From Utricularia gibba (Eukaryota > Plantae > Magnoliophyta), in contig NEEC01000010.1 of NCBI GenBank assembly GCA_002189035.1, positions 682,001 through 746,000 on the forward strand: a DNA stretch of 64,000 bases. The letters run 5' to 3'. Under the pieces are notes generated by a model, which saw nothing but the letters and a program-made list of their open reading frames with translations, did not search any database and was not told the DNA's origin. Below, one piece after another: positions 47,584 through 61,576 of the stretch. A program made the position numbers and the translations under genes. Numbering within the stretch: the first letter of the stretch is position 1; each line of letters begins with the position of its first letter.

Positions 47584-49199
47584 ACGAGGTAAGTGAGTTG
47601 CCAATGGTCTTAGCTATAAAAATACATATATATAAAATATCAATCGGTAAAATACCTATAATGTAATATAAAATTTAGTAAAATATGTGTTCAGTAGATG
47701 TGTCAATATGCAGTGGAATCTTGATAATGGATTGAAGACTAATAACAATGAATTCAATTATAAAATCATTATACAAACAAAACACTTATTAAAATTGTAC
47801 ATTTTCTTTAGATATCAATTACTTTTTTCTAACTTCATCCTCAATCGTTCTCAGATTTCAGATTTTCTTCTTACTATATTCTCGCTCTCTCTAATATTCA
47901 TGTCAATGCTATTGTGATTCTTCCTCTTTCATTTTTCTTGTTTTCTCTACTCTCAATTCAAACTTCGCATTCAATTATCGGATCCTTGAACTAATGGCCA
48001 AGACTACAATGAACTTTTATGTTGGAGGGCCAATATTGAGTGAAAATTTTAGCGGTAAAACGAAACATTTTCTAAAGTAAACTATTGTAGACTATTGAAA
48101 GTGAGCTAAAAATCACAGTAGATTGCAACAATGTTTGATTATATCTCATTTTGGTATTGAAATGCCTATCTCGCAATATAAATCAATAAGTTGTTCATCA
48201 TCATCTTACGTAAGTTATTATTTGCTTTTGATTCTTATGAATTTTATATAATTCTTTGTAAATTTGAAAAAAAAAAGCAACTAATTTGAATTCATAAAAT
48301 TTTCTCTTTTTTTTGGTATTTTAACTTTTTAAATAATGACTATTTTACATCTATTTTTTATTGGTTTAAATTGTTATACTAAAATGTCATTATTACTTTA
48401 AATCATACTTAGTTAAGAATATTTTTATTCATTTGATTGGTTGTTAATCACAATAATATTTTTTAAAAATTATAAACAAATAGAAGTAGTTTAAATGTAT
48501 TATTCTTATTATAAAATTAAAAGCTTGATTATTGTGATTTTTTATGCAATTAAAAACTGGTATTATACCTTGTTATAATAAAATATTAATTATAAATTTA
48601 TTGTTAACGATTAATTTCAATGCTTTACAAATCAATTTATAGGTCTATATTTTTAATTTTTTAACGATTATTCAAAAATTATAGTGTCCCTTCCTCAACA
48701 ATATGCACAATATCGAAAACAATATGATTACTCACAATATCAGTAAAACTTTGATAATCGCAATTTTTCAAATCCATGTGAACAATTCAACTCATTTGAA
48801 ACTTTGTATCAGCTCTATCATCATTCGGAAGGTATTAATGATTTTATACATAAGGGTTGTGAATTTGAAAATATAATATACACTATTGATTTCGTATCTT
48901 TCATCAGTTTTAGGTTCGAACTGTCAATTTTTGACTGATCCCAACTACTATACTAGTGACAGCATAGACTATCAATATGAAATGTGGCATTCCAGCCATG
49001 ATCATTTCTTTGATTATTATGACTAATGTAGGGATTACGACTACCAAGATGACTCTCACGTCTTTCCAATTGGAGATGACATATATGCAGATGAGGTACA
49101 AAATTTATCTAATGATGACCATATACCTACTGGTCATGATTTTGAAGAGGTTGTTGCAGAATTAGCGATCGAAGATTTACTTAACTTGTCTTCGAACAT

Positions 49200-51200
49200 C
49201 AAAATTCGTGAGACATATGTAGGAGTACCCTTACCAATGCAAGATTATGAAGAGGGTGAACCAGATGTTTATGTTGCTTCAAGGTATGATACTAAAGGAT
49301 CATAATACTGTCATGGATGTAGTTGTCAAGTGGCATCTTACCATTGCTCAAAGAGAATGCAGAATATATAAAAATGATAAGTACTAATATGAGGTGATGT
49401 GTCTGCACACTTATAGTATAAATGAGTATTTCCTATTTAAGACCAAAGTAACTTATAAAAATAGATTAGGGATGTGGAAGATAACAAAGTTGATAGCGCC
49501 TCATACCTGTGAACTAACATCAGAAGCACATCTACCCACGCCAACCTAAATATCTGATATGTTGCTCCTCAGCTTATTTTGTATCTAAGTCCAAAGTTAA
49601 CAACTTTAGATGTTCAACGTATCATCAAAGAGTTGTTCTATGATATGCCTTAGTTACATGCTTGGGCTTGTATGTGTGAGGCCTATGAACTCCATTATGG
49701 TACATGACAGACTCCCTGTGCCTCATTACCCATCTATCTTGAAGAAGTTCGGAAGCAAAACCCTAGAACAGTGATGACATGGGAACATGATTTTCATGGT
49801 GAGCATATCTTGAAGTCGATTTTCTGAGCTTTTGACTTTTCAATAAAAGCATTCATGCATTGTCGTTCAGTCATGTGTGTTGATGCTACGCACTTATATG
49901 ATAGCTACAATTACAAGTTACTTATAACAGTTACTATTGATGCAAGTAACTATATAGTCCTATTGAGAAATCCATTCGTGCATGGTGAAAGTGGTGAGGA
50001 TTGGATCTAGTTTATGGAGCAATTGATTGGATAGATAATTAGGGGAAGAATATGAGTATGCATCATTAGTGATCTTGGATCTGGACTATTAGCTATATAC
50101 AAACAACACCAAGAGCTTGTTCTGTCATATAGTGTTCATCATTTCAATGTTTTCCACATTCGGAAAAATTGCATGAGTCATACTAAATCAAAATTCAAGG
50201 AGGTATCAGCAATTATTTATAGAACTGCTTATTTTAGGAACAACTTATATCATACACAAGAAATGGATCACCTTGCAAGGGTTAGTCCAAAAGCGTACGC
50301 CTACATGATGGATATTCCTTTAATTGATTGGACCTTAATACATGATTGGGGTCATCGGTATGTGAATTCTTCTAATTAGGTATTACGAATTACATTGCCT
50401 TGTTGATTTCCCAACTTATTTGATATGAGATCATGACTATGAATCATGTAGAGGTCTTAAATGGAGCATTACAAGACGTGTGTCATCGACATCCAATGGA
50501 TATTGCAAAGGTGAAAACTTTTAACATATAGATTCATATCAACGAATTAGCATGGGTATACCTATTTATACTAATTACCTTTGAAAAGGGTAGATATTAT
50601 TTTAAAAAATACAGAGCAAAAACACTAGCAAGGAGATCAATTGGCCAAACTTTTGACAACAAGGTGCATGAGGCCTATGAGGCAGCATCGTGACAAGTAC
50701 CTTGACTAATTTGCATTATATATGATGAATGAACTCATGAGGTAGATGTCAAACTCGAGACCAATTGCATCATTGAAACTTGAAGGATAAGAGTTTAAGA
50801 CCAGCATTACAATTGTAGTATGTGGTAATTAGATTGATATTCCTGCAATTATGCACAAAAGGTACACAAACGAACTCTATCAACAATATAACCTACAACT
50901 CAAACCTATAAACATTTTTTTATTAGGCATGTCACCGGTTTCGCATCAACCCCAAGGATAGAATTAGTAATTATTATAGACCATCATCAATGTTGAGCAC
51001 TTACAACAATAAAGTTCTCCTTGTAAGAAATGAACGAGATTGAGCACCACCAGCTTTTCTTCATCTCGTTAATCCCTCTAGACGGCAAATCAAACTGGGT
51101 CGACATAAAGCAACAAGGCATAAGGGACCTGTGGATTACTAACAACAACGGAAAATGAAAGATCGACTTAAGAGGACCCAGACATCTAATCCAATTGATT
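49200..51200 (+). mobile_element. Degenerate Mutator-like transposase remnant; boundaries approximate
   Basis: CVDATHLYDSYNYKLLITVTIDASN (~49877-49950), CIISDLGSGLL and HHFNVFHIRKN resemble the MULE DDE domain. Many stops. Confidence 0.78.
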
Positions 51201-53330
51201 TGAATGCATCGCCACCTTCAGATTCCGATCATGATGATCAACTACTGGCTCATGGTTTCCAGCATTTGGTGAATAACTCTACCTTAATTTGATCTTCTAG
51301 ACGAGATAGTAATCTACTATATCTCTAGATTTTCATCCTCCATATTTCTCTAGTTTTCAGCATTTTTAATATGACGGATGACAAGTCACATTGATCTAGC
51401 CTTCATATGCCCCTACTCGAATTCAAATCACACCTCCATCTATTTGATTTTACATCAAGCTTCAAGCCACAATCAAGCAATCAAAAATTGAAATTAGTTA
51501 GTTGAGGAAAAGCAATGATAAAGAAAATTATACCATTTAAGAAAAAATGAAGCAAAATTATTATCAATATATCAGTTTTATAATAATTATTAGTAAAATG
51601 CCATCTTTTTAAAATTTTCAGTTTTTCCATATTTCAAAGTTATAAAAATAATATAATTAAAATTCAATATTGAATAATAAACTCTCTTCAATAGACTTTA
51701 TAAATTGAAAAATATAAATTATAAACAAAAAAATTAATATAATATGAATAAAACCCAATATTGAAAAAATATAAAAAATTTCAATCCAATAATTATGAAT
51801 GCTACACCTCACTGTGTAGGACAATAAAATCGAAAATATCTTCAAAAATAATTAAAATCTAATAATAAATATTGCAACCTACTACATATAGCTTATAATA
51901 AAAAATTAAAATTTTATTTAAATTTTAATATAGTACAATGCTAAGTTAATATCTTCAATATTGTTGTTTTTAATATTGTTAAAAACAACAATACGCATTT
52001 TTATAATAATAATTTTTATAACAATACACATTCTTATAACAACAATTTTTAAAATTTAAAAATAATAAAAAGTAAGGGTTTTAAAATATAAATATAATGT
52101 AAGAGATTCATTTATTTGAATTAAAAACTTTACTTTAAAATATATTTCAATTTTATCATTGTATTATTTGATGTGGTTGAAAAAAATTATGATTTATTTT
52201 GGGTAATGATTTTCATATTGTCTTTTATATATAAAAATTAATGTGCAAATTATTGTGAATGTGATTTTAGTGTTTATATTCATATTAATTTAAATATACA
52301 TGACATTTCTTATTAAAAATTAATATATTTATTATATTATTAATATTTAATATTTTTAATTGATATTATTAATAATATATAATATATTTTTTCAAGTTAT
52401 AATATTTTGTTATTAATTTGGATTTGACCGGTCAAACTCGGGTTTGGAAGAAAACCAGTGCTATTCGGGTCTGGTTTGAAATATGGATTTAAAAATAGGT
52501 TGCGAAAGATGATCAATGGGTGAGAATGTAGGGAGTACAGCTTGTGATTGCGTTGGGCACTAGAAGATCTATTTTTAATGTGCTGACAAGTATGTACAAA
52601 CTGTACAAGACATGTATTTTACCAAGAATTTCACAATCATGAGTATCTTGCCAATCATTTTTTAAAAAATATATATTTTATTAATTTTCTCATTGCCTAG
52701 CTAAGAATTAGGCAAAATATTTGTGTGTAAAATAGTCACATTCTTTAAATATTTACATAATAGTTCCATTTTTTAAAATAATTATTTTTATTCATTTTGT
52801 GTTTTATTTGATGCATAAATACTGTATTTTAATAAATACAGTTTTTTATTTAATAAAAATTATATTTTTGAAATACAATTTATATTAAAATATAAATTTT
52901 AGAAGAAATATAATTAACTTTATTAATAATTTTGTATGTAAATAATTATTCATGCTAATTCATATTAAAATAGAATATAATATTATATATTTAAAAAATA
53001 TTATAATCCATAATGTTAGAAAAATTAAATAATTTTTTTATATATAATATTTTACATATGGCTAACTTCATTAAAAAAATTTTACATTTATATTAAATTT
53101 ATTTATTTTATTTAAATTTATATAATGCACTTTATATATGTGGTTATACTATATCTCTCACTCATATGTTATAAGCGTGTGTTAGTCATAACCCATGTAT
53201 GCGGTGTTTACGAGCATGAATAACAACACATGTAGAGCATGGATCACAACACATGTAGGGGGTGGGATATCTCATATGAGCATGAGTTATAGCTAAACAA
53301 TGCCCAATAAGTTGGGAAATCTAATATAGG

Positions 53331-54553
53331 TGATAACACCGTTTTTATTATGTTTTAATATACGTTTTTAAGTGTGTTTTGTAAGTTAAATATTGCTTAG
53401 GGTGCTAAAATGTCTTCTTTTGTGCATTTAGTCTGTTAAAATGTGTTTATTGTGAAAATAGGCTCAATTGGCAACAATTGAGCCGAAAATTTTAATATTT
53501 CGTCTAGTCTGTGTTTTAAGTCTTATCAGGGTAAGAGCTAGTACTACAGCAACGTACTTTCCGCGTTGAGAAGTCAAAAAGGGACAGAAAAGCTGTGCAA
53601 AAGCCACTTTCCACCGAAAGTAGCCGCCCTTCTGAAGAGATAATATATGAAGCAGAGATCTCCCTTCTAGAAGCATGAGGAAAAGACCAAGCTACCCTTA
53701 ATTTTGAGCTGCAAAAGGGAAAAGGAAGGAAGAGAAGAAAGGAGTACATTGTGCACGCAAAGTGCACAGACACCGAATAGGAGCAAGCGGGAGCGAGGAG
53801 AACGTTGTTTCTCCGGCGAAAGTCTCCAGCGACATCCAAATCTGTGTGTCTACACCACCTTTTCGGCTAGAACTTCAATTTCCAGCAAATCTCCAGCCCA
53901 CATAAGCATCCTGCAACTTTTATTTGCACATTTTCTGCTCTTCCATTTCTGCGAAAACCTGTTATTGTTACTATTTTCATTTCTAAGCTTTCTGCTGCTT
54001 TTCGGAACCTTGCTGTGAACGGGAAACTCGTTGTAGAACTTGCTTTAGTTTATAAACATGTCTCTGTTTAAGCTTTTCACATTTGCTTTTAAGCTTGATA
54101 TGCCATTTACTGTTCCTGCGCACGCATACTCTGTTTTCACACACTCTTACTCTGTTTTTAAGCGTTCTTAAGCTGGGTTTAAGTCTATGGACTTTCTTGA
54201 GTGACACAAGAGCCAGACCCTGGTGTAAAACCCATCCAAATTACTTTTATTTTATGTTTTCTGCATCTTTATGTTAATTTCAGTCCCTTTTCACTCTTGC
54301 AACTCATTCCTTTCAGTCACTGTTATTTTAGATCTTACTCGCATTAGAACTAAATCCCAGAAAACCCCCCTGTTTCAAGTAATTGTGTTGAACTTCAGAA
54401 AATTGCAACCATTCCCTGTGGATTCGACCCTTACTTGCCACGCTACATTAATTCTTGTGATTTGTGTAGTAGAATAGCTCGGTTTATAAATTTCTTTTGA
54501 TGCGTTGAATGTATTAAACCGCAACATTTAGCAACTCATTCCAACGTCCATCA
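53331..54553. mobile_element. Solo LTR D (1223 bp)
   Basis: TGAT..ATCA termini and perfect TSD ATAGG (53326-53330, 54554-54558). Confidence 0.88.
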
Positions 54554-56138
54554 ATAGGCATCAATTAACCATAACTCACTGAAAACCCATACGTCATGAG
54601 GTGGGAAATTGATGGTAATTCCACAAATATATAGAAACAATCAAAATGATAAATAAGATTATGTATATAGAGAATTATCATATTTTTTTAAAACAAATAC
54701 TTGAAAATAATCCAAAACAAAACAAAAGACTGATTAAAATCAATATAGAAAAGTCATTTTGGATCTAAGTTGCATCTTGATAAAACTTATTCATGTGTAC
54801 GTATATAAACCTCAAGAACTAACATATTTACATAAGTTTTGTAGGTATTATTTTAAAGTAGTATAATTTAACAATCGTTATAACGATGTTCATTTTTTAA
54901 TGAGATTATAGAATTAACTATATTATAAGAATCATTTTATCTATTGTGATAATCTATATTTTCTTCATATTCAATCATAATCCCAACACATGACACTCTC
55001 ACAGATGGATTAGGTCAAATATATCTTATCAACGATGTTGTAATATGCACAAATGAGCTCTATCTAATTTGCATTAGAGGATGCAAAGCAGTTTGTCTTT
55101 GATCAAGCCATCTTGTCACAAAGACTTAACATTCCAATAGAGATGTTTTCGGCACACAAGTATGAGGAAGCTCCAATAAGATAGCCATCTGGTAGGAATA
55201 GGCCAAAAGCAATTGTGTAATACATATTTTATGAAAATGTGGTGAATTTATATTTGTTAGTTTAAGAAAGAATATTACATAAATTATAATTAATCTTAAA
55301 TTTTATTATTTGTAATCAATCTTAAATTTTGGTCAGAAACAGTATTTTTGATTATTTATAATCAACCTTAAATTTATATAAGTATTAAAAAATAATATAA
55401 AATATGACTTAATGTAAGAATTTTGCTGTGCATATTGGATTGCATCAAAACAGCAGATTTGATTGGCCCGGTGAGTGTCGAACGACGTGAAGGCAGTGTC
55501 GGGACTTCGGGAAATGTACTAAGCGATGTGACGGAAGAATTTCTTTTTGAAATTGGAGACTAATTTTGCCCACGACTTTAGTTGGAAATCAATTATGCCA
55601 AAATACTGAGAATTAATAATAGTAATTTAATTTGGAGACCAATTACGTCAAATATTCAAACAATGGGGACTAAATGTGCATGATATTTACATCATGGAAA
55701 TAAAATATACATGATATACAAACAATAGATACTAGAAATATCTAGATATGAAACTTTGAGAATTATTGTTACTTCATATTATAAAATAGAGGGACTAATT
55801 TTGTCGGATATGTTAAAGTTTGGAGATCAATTTTATCAATGGGGATCAAGCATGTAATTTGGATCAAATAGTAGGAATCATTTTTGTTATTAAGTAAAAC
55901 AGTTAGGGCTTTTATTGCAATTTTTCCATTATAGCACGTGTTTTTATGGGCCTTTTTTATGTTGAGAATATTGGGCCTGTATCAGGACAGGCCCGGCCCG
56001 GGCCATATATCAGGTGGATGCGATCCTTGACGAAAAATCTTTGAATCTGCAGGCCAATAAATTCGTGGGGAGTCGGCGAGCTCGCCTTGGGGAAGAAATC
56101 CTGAAAATCGCTCCGAGCAGTTCCCTATTTGGGGTTTG

Positions 56139-57172
56139 ATGATGGCGAAGTTGGTGCTTATTGCTGGTGTGCTCATTACGCTGTCTCTGACTCTACATCT
56201 GACCACCGCTACTTCAAGGGATGTTCGTTATTGTAGTATGCCACACATCTTTGTTTCCTTGATTATCCTTATTTGCTTTTAGTTGTTGATTGGATTCAGT
56301 AGCTGTTGTTTTATTTGGGCGTTTCGATTGATCCTTGACTAGGAATTTCAGAAATTTCATTGTGAACATTTGTAAAACGTTGTTTGTTGATTAGGGATAT
56401 GGGTAGTATTAAATTGCTTGTCTTTTTATGGTAATAGTTTTATGGAGATGTAGGAAATTCGTTACGTGCCAATTGGATTGGAAGATCATGTTTACTGTCT
56501 GGTGTATGCCTTCAATGCTAATGTTAGGGACTGCGTTTTTTTTTAAAACCTGCAGATAGTAAAGCGAAGTATGCTGTCAAGGTCAGTGGTCTTGACATAG
56601 AACCATATCCAATCTCCAGGGGAAGAAACACTACGTTTCAGATTACAGCGTCCACAGGTAGCATCATCTATCTCGTAAACCCAATTTAAGGTGTCGCTCT
56701 GATGAGGCTCGATGCTATAAATGAGTCTCTATGGTGAATGGTAGCTCTTAAATACGCATATTTTCACTGAGAGAACTGTTGTAGGCTTCACTTACAGGGG
56801 AGTTTTTATGCAGATGAAGTAATATCTTCTGGAAAACTCGTAATAGATGTTTCCTACTTTGGATTTTACATCCACAGCGAGAACCATGATCTCTGTAAGG
56901 AGACATCTTGCCCTGTTTCTGTTGGTGACTTTGTTGTTGCCCACTCACAGGAGTTACCTGGAATAACACCACCTGTGAGTCCTCCGGTTTCTGTGTGTAC
57001 TTTACCACTTGCTTCCCCTCGTCTTCTTCCCATGAATTGCCATCTTCATTGCCTGCAGGGCTCGTACACTCTGAAAATGACGATGGTGAATGAGAAGAAT
57101 AAACAACTGACTTGTATCAGTTTCGACTTCAGCATGGGTTTCATCGGGGAGAATGGTGCAGCAGTTTCGTGA
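56139..57172 (+). CDS. MD-2-related lipid-recognition (ML/NPC2) domain protein; 4 exons (56139-56235, 56556-56657, 56814-56974, 57059-57172), 157 aa
   Basis: Signal peptide, then DVRYC..YAVKVSGLDIEPYPISRG, HDLCKETSCPVSVGDFVVAHSQELPGITPPGSYTLKM and LTCISFDF. GT-AG introns, frame intact. Confidence 0.92.
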
Positions 57173-57629
57173 ATGAATGTTGAAAGAGTTCCTCCCCTTT
57201 CTTCCTTCCCGGCAGTTGCTGATGCTGTATAGGAACTTAAAGCTTACCTTGTGATGTTGCACCTTGCAGACGTTTGTGTTATGAACTGAACTTATGATGT
57301 TTGTGAAGTAATAAGTGCAGGTCCTTCTTGATACCTGCTTTTATTTAGTCCAGTCCATCTCTCGACAGAACGCAGTGTGCCTCACTGCTGGTTCCTACCG
57401 GTCCAACCCTCTGTAATTTGTAGAATGGAGTTCATCGTTTTCCCTTGTTTGGTACAACACATGGCTACCTACTTGTCTCATGCGACGTGATTAGTGTTTT
57501 CTGACCTTGTATTAATTGAAACAAGACTATAAATATTTTCTAGAGTCAATCCAAACAATGGCAATGTCTTAAGAATGTGTAGTATAGGAAGTTACCATAT
57601 GGGAACTCAATGGAAGAGAAAATTTCACA

Positions 57630-57930
57630 GACGTATATCTATATGGGAACACCAACATTTTCTTTTGGAGGTCATTTGATGTTGTATAAATCAATGTTAG
57701 GAGTTCTTTCACTTTATTATTTCTCCCTATTCCAAATCACTAAAAGAGTGTTGAAATGACTAGAGTAAGTTAGACGCCAATTCTTTGGGAAAGACAAAGA
57801 TGAAGAAGAAATCAATTGTGTGAGTTGGGATCAACTATCAAAACCATGAACTTTAGATGGTTTGAATATTAGAAAATCACAACAAATGAATGATAATTAC
57901 TTGTTAAATAATGGTGGGGGATGCTTGATT
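57630..57930 (+). mobile_element. L1-type LINE ORF2 fragment, degenerate
   Basis: Translates to YMGTP..KSMLGVLSLYYFSLFQI..RRQFF..NCVSWDQLSKP..DGLNIR, resembling the region after the RT domain of plant L1 elements. Confidence 0.7.
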
Positions 57931-59399
57931 CTGAAACCACTTTATGAAAATACATCATTATTGTAATCTATGGACCTGAAGCAGGGTTACTACAAACTAC
58001 GATATATATAAGAACTTCACCATGATAGAAAATAAGAGCATTGCAACGACATGCCTTGTCGTAATTCGAGGTACAATCAATCTCCAAATTGTTGTGGATA
58101 GGCAATATCACTGGAAAAATTATTACACGTTTCAGATCTTAGATTGAACAACTATGTGTTAAAGTAGTAACTTATTATTTAATTCAGTAGAAAAGAAAAC
58201 TTATTAAGTGAAAATATGTGTATATGGATCTAGATAAAATCGTGTAGCTATGAAAATAAATTTTAAATGCCATGGTATTTGGGTAAATACTGTCTATCCG
58301 CACATGTAGAGTAATATAAAAAACAACTAATTATACCTTTCTTGAATGTGTGTATTCCGGACAACAATGAACAGAGCTATATAAATGATGGGATTATCAA
58401 GCAATGTCACACTTTTCGTTATAAAATTTGGGGTATAATATACCCTCATCTATAATATTCATGTTGTATAGGTATTTATGGTCAAATAAGAACTCAATGA
58501 ATTTCAGACTACACATAATCATAAGAGAAAGTTAAATTATCAAAGTACAATATGAAATTCTTTTTTAAAGATCACATAGAGGAAAAAATGAACACATGTG
58601 TCTATGATTTGTTACAATAACTGGCTGGTTATTCGACACCAATCAAGAAAACTACCTTCTTCAACTTTTTGTATAAAGAGTTATATATTGTAGTTTCATA
58701 TTTTAATATTCCTGTTTGTAATTATATTTTATATTTATAAAATGTATATTTGATGATGAAAAAAAAGTAATTTCTATTAGTTAAAAATGGTTATATAGAC
58801 TACTTTATGTGGGAGGTGGGCCACTTCATGTATAGTTATTGAGAATGTTAACATGCATTCCACTTAAGCAAGAGTCTTGCATCTAGTTGTTGAGTATACA
58901 TGCATTCGCCACGTATTGGATAGTGTGAACACCTTATAAATACTCATGTTCTTGCACGTTCATTCAATAATTACGATTTGTGAGAGATTTAAGGGTTCCA
59001 ATTGTAAGCGACGGTTCATGGGTTATTTTTTTATTCAAAATTAACTGTTTACTTATTTATTTTCCTAGAAAATTCGTATGTAAATAATTGAAATTGGGTA
59101 TTAGTATTTATTTTCTTTTAAAATATTCGTTAAGTATATATTATATTTTTTAATTTATTTTATATAATTTTAATTATTTATTAATTATTAAATATTGTTT
59201 GAAGTGAATTCTATACTTTGTTTGTATTTGTAGCATATCTATTTAATTTAGTTATATTTTTAATTTTATTAATAATTACAATACTTTATAATAATTTTAA
59301 ATTATTATATTTTATTTCTCCAAATGTTTGTTATGATTTTTTTTTTGCTCATATTAAATAATAGAAAAACTTGTCAGGTTTTGTAAAGAAACCTGCTTC

Positions 59400-61200
59400 T
59401 TTCTACTTCAAGCATTCTTGATAAAGATCCACTCAATAGCACATATATTTATTGTGTTATGATCATCATTGTATGACTAATTTGGGGACTTCAAGTGGGT
59501 GACGACGTCATCTATAACAAAAAAAACATTCTAAAATGAAAACAAATGGCTTGAATTTCTTAAAAATAGTTCTAGAATTCAAATCAATGGAACTTGATCC
59601 ATATATCTCATTCTGATGACATCGATTCCTTTGTTGATATTCAATAGATCTCTTATGTCTTATTATATTATCATGATCAAGTTTAATTTTTCATCTGGAT
59701 GGATCAACTAAAAGTCGAAAAAGTGTTGGCGTCCACTTTTGTTTATTTCGTACTGATGGATCTCAAAGTATTCACTAAAAAAATATTTGATAGTAATTAC
59801 TTACTTTGTCTCTTGGATTTATTCGAAACTTGTAAGAAGTCTTCACATAAAACAATATATTTAAGAATATAAATTTATATAAATACGTGATTTGTCTTTT
59901 TTGCATGATTGTATGAATATCGATCTATTTGTCAAATTCCGCAATCATACTCCTTTTTTTGAATGTTAATTCTATAAGTTTCTAATGAATTTATAGTCTC
60001 TAATTTGATTTCAACTTCTAGAGTGGTAACATCATATATTATACAATTATGACATTGTAGTATTCTAGAACTTTCTTCATATTTCTCAATAATTTTTTCA
60101 CCAAACGGAATTCTTTTTGCTTGTCGTATACTTGCTGCTACTTTATATTTGTGAAAATATTCTCTTACTTTATAGAATGTAACCTATAAACATGTGTTAA
60201 TCACGATAATCAATACAAGTGTATATGTTTTGATTATATTACCTTTGCGATTGTCGTTGGTGGTAAGTGTCGAGCATCACGTAAAACACCGTTGAGAGCT
60301 TCAACATGATTGGAGTCATTATCGTATGTCTGTTAACAAAAACATCGATAATAGTATTATGAATTCCATAAAAAAAAAAATATAATTTCACATACCGGTG
60401 TCCTCCATCGTATGACAATGTCCATTCTTACAATTGGATATTTTTCATATACTCAAAGACTTTTGTAGATTGAATTTGAAGTTACTTCATTGTTTGTATA
60501 CAATCCAAATTATTTCTTACATAGGTAGCTCTTCTAATTAATTCTAATATTCATTTTAATTTTAAACCAATTTTGGTCATACAATTTTTCCATATGTTTC
60601 GTAAGTTTCCAAAAATCCATATCCATGATCATTAATAACACAAACCTCATGCCTTTCTTTAACCACATATATATCAATTTGTTTTAAAAACCAAGCCTAA
60701 TCTTTCCTTGATTCCTCTGGAACAAAGCTGAATTCAATATAAAAAAACAATTGTTTACATAAATAGCAACTGCAACCAACAATTTATATTTATAACAATC
60801 ATAAAAGATGTATTGCATCTTTATATAATACTGGTCTACAAAAACGAAATGCTTCTACTATAAAACCAAAAACTTAAGTTACCCTTGTGAGCATTCTTTT
60901 TTCCCTAAAATCACTATTATTTTCACATAACACCAGCGTTACTAGGTTTTATCTACGTATTTCTTCTAGATATTGAGAAAGTTCGGCTGTAGAAGCCTCT
61001 CATAATGTATAATATTTTTCATATGCTTCTACTAAAGATGACCATACTTGCCAATATAAAATCTCATAAGCCCATCTATCCTTGGCAATTCAAATTTGAG
61101 TATGTATTAGATAACCTTGGTGTTATGTTGCAAGTATGAGGTAGAACCAATTTAGTAAATTTCTATGTAACTGTTCGTTCTTGTGGAATAACCAAATTAT
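59400..61200 (-). mobile_element. Degenerate Mutator-like transposase remnant, similar to the 49-51 kb copy; boundaries approximate
   Basis: DAIHL..YDCYKYKLLVAVAIYVNN (~60750-60830) and DSNHVEALNGVLRDARHLP (~60255-60330). Confidence 0.7.
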
Positions 61201-61576
61201 AGAATATATATAAAAATATTTTTTATCTATCGATATTTATTTATATCACAAATTTTAAAATTTTTATCCACATATATTTTTTCTATATATTTATAACTAT
61301 TATTTTGAAAAAAAAAAAGGTAATTAATAATATTGCGTATTTTGAAAATTGAAAACGAAATATATTCTAAATTAGTAAAATTATAATATATTTTTAATAA
61401 AAATATATATTAATATGTTTATTAAAAATATATAATGTATTAATATTAATTTTTCATAATGCTGAAAATTGTCATATTTTTCAAATGATTAAATGAAAAT
61501 ATAGGTATATCTCTAATGTGTTAAAAATCTCAGATAATTTCATAATGAATTGGAGACGTTATAGTATTTTTCCAAT

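Noticed and set aside
55440-55930. Mutator-type terminal repeat with GGGACTAA motifs upstream of the ML gene
   Set aside because: No partner TIR or TSD was found, so the element could not be delimited.
469-57172. Biosynthetic or functional gene cluster (e.g. wall-remodelling, or nitrate plus tocopherol)
   Set aside because: The eight genes belong to unrelated pathways. A pectate lyase and an XTH near each other is unremarkable for such large families, and nothing in the sequence shows shared regulation.
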